Source: a virus
Strand: one strand, 5' to 3'
DNA length: 64,000 nucleotides
Virus record (IMG/VR): IMGVR_UViG_3300045988_159816
Shown here piece after piece: positions 58,139 to 64,000 of this stretch. The notes beneath the pieces are model-generated. The model saw only the letters and a program-made list of their open reading frames with translations, was not told the DNA's origin and did not search any database. The stretch's first letter is position 1, and each line of letters opens with the position of its first letter. The translations under genes and the position numbers were made by a program.

Positions 58139-58624
58139 ATGCCTGTATCCCTCGGAAAAAAGTTTGAAGAACACTTTTCAACCCAACTTGAAGACGCTGC
58201 AATATGTTTTGATCGTTTTAAAGATGATACCGCAGGGTATAAAGGTATTCGTAATATATGCGACTTTTCTGTCTTTTTTAATGGGTATTTATTTTACATC
58301 GAATGTAAAAGTATACATGGCAAAACCTTTAATTATGCTAATTTAACTGATAATCAATACACTGGATTATTAGATAAATGTGAATATGATAAAGTTATTG
58401 CAGGAGTTTTAATATGGTTTATAGACTGTGATGTTACGGTATTTGTTCCTATTTCTGTTATTAAACAGCATAAGGAATTATTAAACTATAAATCGTTTAA
58501 AAGCTATGAAATTCCGGATATGTGTACTATTTTTGAAGGTAAAAAATTAAGAAAATTCTTTAAATATGATATAGATAAAAATTTATCTACGATCATAAGA
58601 AAGGCTAATCAATATGGAAGTTGA
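58139..58624 (+). CDS. RecU-like Holliday junction resolvase (putative)
   Basis: Motif DFSVFFNGYLFYIECKS (D...E.K). Confidence 0.45.
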   Translation: MPVSLGKKFEEHFSTQLEDAAICFDRFKDDTAGYKGIRNICDFSVFFNGYLFYIECKSIHGKTFNYANLTDNQYTGLLDKCEYDKVIAGVLIWFIDCDVTVFVPISVIKQHKELLNYKSFKSYEIPDMCTIFEGKKLRKFFKYDIDKNLSTIIRKANQYGS

Positions 58625-59135
58625 TAAATCATTCGTAAAAAGTAGAATGGAAGATATAACAACTCAGCAAAGGTATTTAACAAGATTTGTAAATCAGGTT
58701 GTTAGAGAAGCTTGTGGAGAACTTGATTCTTTGATGTCTACTATTAGAACAAGAATTAAGGATATCAATAATCCAATCACAGATATGGAGTTAGAACACT
58801 TTATATTGAACTTACCTGCATTGATGTATTATGCTTATGAATGTCAAGAAGCAATTGGTATTCGGGAAGACTTGGCAAAACAGGAAAAAACTCAAAAATA
58901 TAATAACAGTTATATGTCAAATGATGGCAATATGCAGGAACGCAAACAACAGGCTGAATTGGATATAATTACAGATTCTTTAGTATTGAATATTTATGTT
59001 CGTGCAAGACGGCAAATTCAGAATAAATTAGATACTTCAACAGAGATGTTGCAAAGTCTAAAGAAAATAGCTACTCGTAGAATTAGTGAAAATAATTTTA
59101 ATAATTTAACCAATTTACCATATAAGGAGGATTAA
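58614..59135 (+). CDS. hypothetical protein
   Basis: 173-aa ORF. Confidence 0.4.
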   Translation: MEVDKSFVKSRMEDITTQQRYLTRFVNQVVREACGELDSLMSTIRTRIKDINNPITDMELEHFILNLPALMYYAYECQEAIGIREDLAKQEKTQKYNNSYMSNDGNMQERKQQAELDIITDSLVLNIYVRARRQIQNKLDTSTEMLQSLKKIATRRISENNFNNLTNLPYKED

Positions 59136-59136
59136 G

Positions 59137-59709
59137 ATGTATACAGCTGAAATATTTACTAGATATATCAATCAAATTAAAAGTCCGGAAGTAAAGAATA
59201 TTGTTAAAAGAGGATTAGCAGAATGTCCTGAAGAATTTTATACAATGGCAGCGTCAACTACAGGTAAGTATCATCCTAAATTCGCTCTTGGTGAAGGTGG
59301 ACTCATTCGTCATACGTTAGCGGCTTGTTGTTGGGCAGTAGATATGCTGGAAATGGAACAGTATGAAGAATTGAGAGCCTATAAAGACTTAATTTTAGCA
59401 GCTTTAATTCTTCATGACAGCGTTAAAAAGGGTACAGGCAAAAGTAAATATACCTTATTTGAACATCCAATATTTGCGGCTGAAATGGTAGAAAGAATTA
59501 GTAAAGAACTGTATAATGAAACATTCAATGAAGTGTATAAAGAAAAAGGTCATTATATAGCTTGTTTAATTGCTAGTCATATGGGGCAATGGAATGTTAA
59601 TCTTTATAGTAAAACAATATTACCAAAACCTAAAACTGCAACTCAAAAATTTGTTCATTTATGTGACTATTTAGCTAGTCGAAAAGGTGATGTTGATGTC
59701 CAATATTGA
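59137..59709 (+). CDS. HD-domain phosphohydrolase
   Basis: HD-domain motifs H...ILHDSVK...H. Confidence 0.55.
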   Translation: MYTAEIFTRYINQIKSPEVKNIVKRGLAECPEEFYTMAASTTGKYHPKFALGEGGLIRHTLAACCWAVDMLEMEQYEELRAYKDLILAALILHDSVKKGTGKSKYTLFEHPIFAAEMVERISKELYNETFNEVYKEKGHYIACLIASHMGQWNVNLYSKTILPKPKTATQKFVHLCDYLASRKGDVDVQY

Positions 59710-60847
59710 TGCTGTATTAAAAGAAATCAATAAAAAATTTAAAGCTGAACTTGTATTTCAAGGTAGGGCTGAATATGATGTTAAAGAAACAGAAAAGATT
59801 CAGTTTACAAGTTGCAGATTAAATTATATGCTCTATGGGGGCTTACCTCGTGGAAAACTGATTGAGTTTTCGGGAGAAGAAAATTCAGGCAAAACAACTA
59901 CAGCTTTAGATGCTGTAGGAAATGCACAACAACAATTCATCAAAGAGTATAAAGAACAACTTGCAGAATTGGAAGAAATTCCAAAAAGAAATAAAGCAGA
60001 AGAAGAGGCTTATCGTAAATTAAAAGCAAGAGGAGCTTTAAAGGCTTTATTTGTAGATTGTGAAAATACTTTAGATGAAGAGTGGGCAGAAAAGCTTGGT
60101 GTTGATGTAGATTCCTTGTATGTTGTAAAACCTACCAATCAAACGGCAGAACAAATCTTTGATATCATTGAAAGTCTTGTTGAAACAGAAGAATTTGGAA
60201 TCGTTGTCATTGATAGTTTTGCAGTTATGTTATCTCAAGATGAATATGACGAATCTGCTGAAAAAAGAACATATGGCGGTATATCCAAACCTCTAACGAA
60301 ATTTACTAAAAAAATGATACAGTTGTGTAGTAGGTTAAATGTTACCTTAATTGGTATAAACCAGCTCAGGGACAAAATAAATAGTCCATATGGGGGGAAA
60401 GATACTCCCGGCGGCAGGGCTTGGAAACATAATGCAGTATTACGTTTATTTTTTAGCAAAGGAACATATTTTGATGAAAATTTAAAAGATTTAACTCGTA
60501 ATACGGAAGAACCAGCTGGTAATTATGTCATGATTAATATAGCTAAAACTAAAGTTTGTAAACCTGATAGACGTGTTGGTTGCTATACATTAAATTATAC
60601 ATTCGGTATTGATTGGATAAATGATTTAGTTGAAATGGGACTTAAATTAGGTTATATTGATCAGGCTGGTGCATGGTTTAGATTTATTGATGAAGATGGC
60701 GTTATTATGTGTGATGAAAATGGTGATGATATTAAATTACAAGGTAAAGCCTCTGTAACTGCCTTTTTAGAAGATGAAGCAAATGCAGATATTTTGCAAG
60801 ATTTTGACCAATTAATTAATAGTAAAATTTCAAGTAACGTTCGGTAA
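59687..60847 (+). CDS. RecA-family recombinase
   Basis: Walker A FSGEENSGKTT and RecA-like core VVIDSFAVM. Confidence 0.7.
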   Translation: MMLMSNIDAVLKEINKKFKAELVFQGRAEYDVKETEKIQFTSCRLNYMLYGGLPRGKLIEFSGEENSGKTTTALDAVGNAQQQFIKEYKEQLAELEEIPKRNKAEEEAYRKLKARGALKALFVDCENTLDEEWAEKLGVDVDSLYVVKPTNQTAEQIFDIIESLVETEEFGIVVIDSFAVMLSQDEYDESAEKRTYGGISKPLTKFTKKMIQLCSRLNVTLIGINQLRDKINSPYGGKDTPGGRAWKHNAVLRLFFSKGTYFDENLKDLTRNTEEPAGNYVMINIAKTKVCKPDRRVGCYTLNYTFGIDWINDLVEMGLKLGYIDQAGAWFRFIDEDGVIMCDENGDDIKLQGKASVTAFLEDEANADILQDFDQLINSKISSNVR

Positions 60848-60856
60848 AAGTAATTG

Positions 60857-60885
60857 TTGACAACTCCCTCTAAGTGTACTATAAT
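60857..60885 (+). promoter_or_regulatory. sigma-70-like promoter with an inverted repeat spanning the -10
   Basis: TTGACA at 60857-60862 and TATAAT at 60880-60885. ctccctc...gagggag flanks the -10 element. Confidence 0.5.
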
Positions 60886-60908
60886 AGTATCATAAGGAGG
60901 GAGTTGAT

Positions 60909-61259
60909 ATGGCATTATTTGACGTTAAAAAATTAGTAAAGAAAGACCCAACAGTTCCTGAAGATATTAAAGCCCTTATCAAACGTAGAAGGTTGCAGCT
61001 TATTGTTCATAGCTGTATATATTACAGATTGAATAATAACCTTATAACTGATGCAACTTATGATAAATGGGCGAGAGAACTTGCAAAACTTCATCAAAAG
61101 TATGGCGTAGTTAAAATTAATTGTTATGATGAATACTTCAATGATTGGGTATTTGCATTAGGTAAAACCTATTCAGGATTTCAATTACCAATTAATAATT
61201 ATGAAATAATTGCACTTGCAGGAGATCTGATATCTTATGAACACAAGAAAGTACAGTAA
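60909..61259 (+). CDS. hypothetical protein
   Basis: 116-aa ORF with RBS ataaggaggg. Confidence 0.4.
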   Translation: MALFDVKKLVKKDPTVPEDIKALIKRRRLQLIVHSCIYYRLNNNLITDATYDKWARELAKLHQKYGVVKINCYDEYFNDWVFALGKTYSGFQLPINNYEIIALAGDLISYEHKKVQ

Positions 61260-61560
61260 TTTGCAAGAAAGAAGAATCGCTAAAAAATTACAAGGTAAAA
61301 AGCAATTAAACAGTGGGGCGACTATGTTTGCTAAAGGCGATGTAGTTACCGATAATTTTTTAGTGGAGTGTAAAACCAAAATTAAAGATTCAAAGTCTAT
61401 TTCAATTCAGAAAGAGTGGATTGAAAAATTAAAAGAAGAGTGTTTTGCAATGCGAAAACCTTATTGGGCTATATCCTTTAGTTTTGGGGATAATGAAGAT
61501 TATTTCATTATCAATGAAAAATTATTTAAACAATTAATGGAGGCTTGCAATAATGAGTAA
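61237..61560 (+). CDS. hypothetical protein
   Basis: 107-aa ORF. Confidence 0.4.
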   Translation: MNTRKYSNLQERRIAKKLQGKKQLNSGATMFAKGDVVTDNFLVECKTKIKDSKSISIQKEWIEKLKEECFAMRKPYWAISFSFGDNEDYFIINEKLFKQLMEACNNE

Positions 61561-61996
61561 AAAAGATATGGATAATTATATTAAAGATGTGCAGGAAGGC
61601 GGTATCATTGATCCTGGTCATGTAAGAGAAATGAATATGTTGGCATATTTAGGAACTCTGCCTGAATTTGATGAATTATTAGGTGGTATGAGTAGTGAAA
61701 ATGAATTATCTATGCAAATAGTACAAGCTGAAGATGAATTTAGTACAAATGTACATATTAATGGATATGATTATCCTTTAGCTTATCTTGGAGTTTTAGG
61801 TGTAGTTACAGCAGCTAAAGCACGTGATATAGACCCGATTGTTATGTTTACAGCTTGTTATTATAAATGGCTTAAAGATGGCAATCTTAAAAGATTAGGA
61901 AAATTTAGAACAAAAAGTCCGAATGAGGGCGCTGTTAAAGAAATGATAGACTTTATGGATTTGATGTATTCTTTACAAAAAGAAAGAGGAAAATAA
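61553..61996 (+). CDS. hypothetical protein
   Basis: 147-aa ORF. Confidence 0.4.
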   Translation: MSKKDMDNYIKDVQEGGIIDPGHVREMNMLAYLGTLPEFDELLGGMSSENELSMQIVQAEDEFSTNVHINGYDYPLAYLGVLGVVTAAKARDIDPIVMFTACYYKWLKDGNLKRLGKFRTKSPNEGAVKEMIDFMDLMYSLQKERGK

Positions 61997-61999
61997 AAG

Positions 62000-63016
62000 A
62001 TGATTTCACTCGCTGTTAAATATAGACCAACAAAATTTGATGACGTTGTTTCTCAAGATAGTATTAAAGCTATTTTACAACAACAAATTGAGAGCAAAAA
62101 TCATAAAAATTGTTACTTATTTACTGGCGGTGCTGGCACAGGTAAAACAACCTGTGCTCGCATTTTTGCCAATGCTCTTAATGCTGGCAAAGGAAATGCC
62201 ATTGAAATTGACGCGGCTTCAAATAATGGTGTAGAAAATGTTCGTGGCATTATCGAAGATTCTAAACATAAATCTTTAGATAGTGAATTTAAAGTTTATA
62301 TACTTGACGAAGTTCATATGTTAAGTACAGGTGCATGGAATGCAATGCTTAAATTATTAGAAGAACCGCCATTGAAAACAATTTTCTTAATGTGTACTAC
62401 AGACCCACAGAAAATCCCTGCAACAATTTTGAGTCGTGTTCAAAGATTTGATTTTCATAGAATACCAACCGATCAGATAGTTCAAAGACTTGATGATATA
62501 TTGGTTATGGAATTAGAAGAATCTGCAATAGATTGCGAATGGGAAATGGACGCTTTGGAATATATTGCTAAAATTGCAGATGGTGGTATGCGTGATGCAA
62601 TTACATTATTAGATAAATGTTTATCTTATGATTCTACAGAACTAACAATGCAAACAGTTATTACTGCTTTGGGTGTTATGGATTATTCAGAATTATTTAG
62701 TTTATTTAAGGATATTTATCATGCAGAAGATGCGAATATCATTCGTAGTATTGAAGATACTTATATGAACGGTAAGGATTTAAAGCAATTTACAAGACAA
62801 TTCTTCTTCTTTGTGCTTGAGCTTGTTAAGTATAATGTTGTTAAAGATTTCAAATATGTATCAATTCCTAATACTTATGCTGACCAGTGTAGTTTATCTG
62901 CTGGGGAACAAGAGTTCGCAATGAGGTTAATTATTAAATTACAGGAACTTGTAAATGTGATTAAATGGGAACAAAATCCAAAACCGTTTATTATTGCAAG
63001 GTTGTTGACGATATGA
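62000..63016 (+). CDS. clamp loader ATPase (DnaX gamma/tau-like AAA+)
   Basis: Motifs GGAGTGKTT, ILDEVHMLS and LLKLLEEPP. Confidence 0.7.
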   Translation: MISLAVKYRPTKFDDVVSQDSIKAILQQQIESKNHKNCYLFTGGAGTGKTTCARIFANALNAGKGNAIEIDAASNNGVENVRGIIEDSKHKSLDSEFKVYILDEVHMLSTGAWNAMLKLLEEPPLKTIFLMCTTDPQKIPATILSRVQRFDFHRIPTDQIVQRLDDILVMELEESAIDCEWEMDALEYIAKIADGGMRDAITLLDKCLSYDSTELTMQTVITALGVMDYSELFSLFKDIYHAEDANIIRSIEDTYMNGKDLKQFTRQFFFFVLELVKYNVVKDFKYVSIPNTYADQCSLSAGEQEFAMRLIIKLQELVNVIKWEQNPKPFIIARLLTI

Positions 63017-63846
63017 TGCAGGAAAAATTAAAGAACCAACTTGATCAAATGAATATAGCAAGGTTTACGATTGTTGTTGGAGATAGTGCAATGGGCTGTG
63101 AAGAAATTGCAAAGTGTATTGCAACAAGATGTAATGCGACTTTTGTAGATTGTGGCATTAAAGTTGATGATGTTCGCAATATTATTTCTATGGCATATAA
63201 GCAAAGCAGCCCGATTGCATATGTTTTTAAGAATAGTGATTTAATGAGTCCAGCCGCAAAAAATGCTTTATTAAAAGTTATAGAAGAACCTCCAAGACAG
63301 GCATATTTTATAATGATTTTAAAAGATAAAGCAAATACTTTAGCTACAATTTTAAGCAGAGGTATGGTTATTACTTTAAATCCATACACAGCAAAAGAGT
63401 TAAGGCAGTATGCCCTGCGTAAGAACAAAACTTTAAACAAAACACAGTTAAATTACATTGAAAATACCTGTACAACTCCGGAACAGGTAAATTTGTTATT
63501 ATCCTATGGCATAGAGGAATTTTATGAGTTCGTTGAGAATGTCGTGGATTACCTTCCTGAAGTAACGATAACTAATAGTTTAAAAATTGCAGGGCGATTA
63601 AACTTAAAAGATAAGGAAGAAGAACAGGATAAATATGATGTAGGTTTGTTTTTAAATACTTATACGAATCTTGTTTTGGATAAATTTCTTGATGGTATTT
63701 ACGATGAAGAACAAATCGAATTAATTATGAATAGTCTTTTAACGATTAAATCGAGATTGAGAGTAGTTGGAATAAATAAATCTTCTTTAGTTAAGCAATG
63801 GTTAATGCGTCAATGGGAAATAGTTGGGGGTGAGGATATTGCATGA
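63013..63846 (+). CDS. clamp loader delta-prime-like subunit (HolB-like)
   Basis: Motif LLKVIEEPP. The ATG at 63013 avoids a 50-bp overlap. Confidence 0.5.
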   Translation: MMQEKLKNQLDQMNIARFTIVVGDSAMGCEEIAKCIATRCNATFVDCGIKVDDVRNIISMAYKQSSPIAYVFKNSDLMSPAAKNALLKVIEEPPRQAYFIMILKDKANTLATILSRGMVITLNPYTAKELRQYALRKNKTLNKTQLNYIENTCTTPEQVNLLLSYGIEEFYEFVENVVDYLPEVTITNSLKIAGRLNLKDKEEEQDKYDVGLFLNTYTNLVLDKFLDGIYDEEQIELIMNSLLTIKSRLRVVGINKSSLVKQWLMRQWEIVGGEDIA

Positions 63847-64000
63847 TTGGTTAAATGAGATTGAAATTGGTACGAAATTATATGTAGGCGCACAGTATAA
63901 AAATCGGGTATTATATCGAACAGGTGAATATGCGGGTAGTGAAAATAATATTTTAAAGTTAGCAACTACTCGAAAATATCGTCATAAATTAGCTAATTTA
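63839..64000 (+). CDS. partial ORF running off the window end
   Basis: TTG at 63839 follows ggtgagga. Open to position 64000. Confidence 0.25.
   Translation, partial: MHDWLNEIEIGTKLYVGAQYKNRVLYRTGEYAGSENNILKLATTRKYRHKLANL

Noticed and set aside
1-64000. tRNA genes, CRISPR arrays, integrase/attachment site, CI-like repressor
   Set aside because: No cloverleaf-compatible segments with T-loop GTTC were found in the intergenic gaps. No regularly spaced repeat-spacer array is present. No tyrosine or serine recombinase motifs appear in any ORF. A lysogeny module may lie outside this window or may be absent.

Overview
This 64 kb window is AT-rich (about one-third GC) and reads as an almost complete genome of a tailed dsDNA phage with a PBSX-like contractile tail, or a prophage without visible host flanks. 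Nearly everything is on the + strand. Strong AGGAGG/AAGGGGG ribosome-binding sites and sigma-70-type TTGACA-17-TATAAT promoters suggest a low-GC Firmicutes-type host; this is inferred from the sequence, not from any search.

Layout from left to right:
- 1-4400: about eight small early genes, each with its own promoter, a G-run RBS (AGGGGG/AAGGGGG) and a terminator. Two of them share a near-identical leader (ACAAAATAAACAAGGGGG). One unit is inverted (4107..4376, - strand).
- 4650-5700: AT-rich non-coding region with no ORFs; its first ~600 bp are strongly purine-skewed.
- 5720-6012: iteron-like direct repeats with the core CCCCCATTGAGTC, ending about 50 bp upstream of the promoter at 6065.
- 6188-63846: one long + strand gene train. 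In order:
  - small early genes, two of them zinc-ribbon paralogs, and a dUTPase;
  - terminase small and large subunits, portal, Mu-F-like minor head protein, scaffold, lambda gpD-like decoration protein and a lambda gpE-family major capsid protein;
  - head-tail connectors, tail sheath, tail tube and a tail assembly chaperone with a canonical -1 frameshift site (A_AAA_AAG);
  - tape measure, baseplate genes, and a tail-fibre cluster with three Phage_Tail_Collar-like paralogs;
  - holin and amidase endolysin, then an envelope/late-gene cluster;
  - an SNF2 helicase and a replication module (initiator, DnaC, DnaB, DnaG, DNA polymerase I, sliding clamp, DnaX/HolB-like clamp loader, RecA-like recombinase, RecU-like resolvase, Cas4-like nuclease);
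  - a 7-deazaguanine (preQ0) DNA-modification cassette: DpdA-like transglycosylase, QueC, QueD, QueE and FolE.

The two most notable systems both act on tail-fibre C-termini:
- A diversity-generating retroelement (DGR) with no recognisable Avd. The 115-bp variable repeat at the 3' end of tail-fibre gene 31676..33511 and the 115-bp non-coding template repeat differ at 20 positions, every one an adenine in the template. A reverse transcriptase (33860..34906) with a YCDD motif follows.
- A probable Mu G-segment-like invertible cassette. Perfect 34-bp inverted repeats (29365..29398 and 29908..29941) flank two convergent, alternative C-terminal coding cassettes for tail-fibre gene 28752..29657. No invertase gene is present in this window.

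No tRNA, CRISPR array, integrase or obvious repressor was found. All product assignments come from motif recognition by eye and remain unconfirmed until checked against a database.
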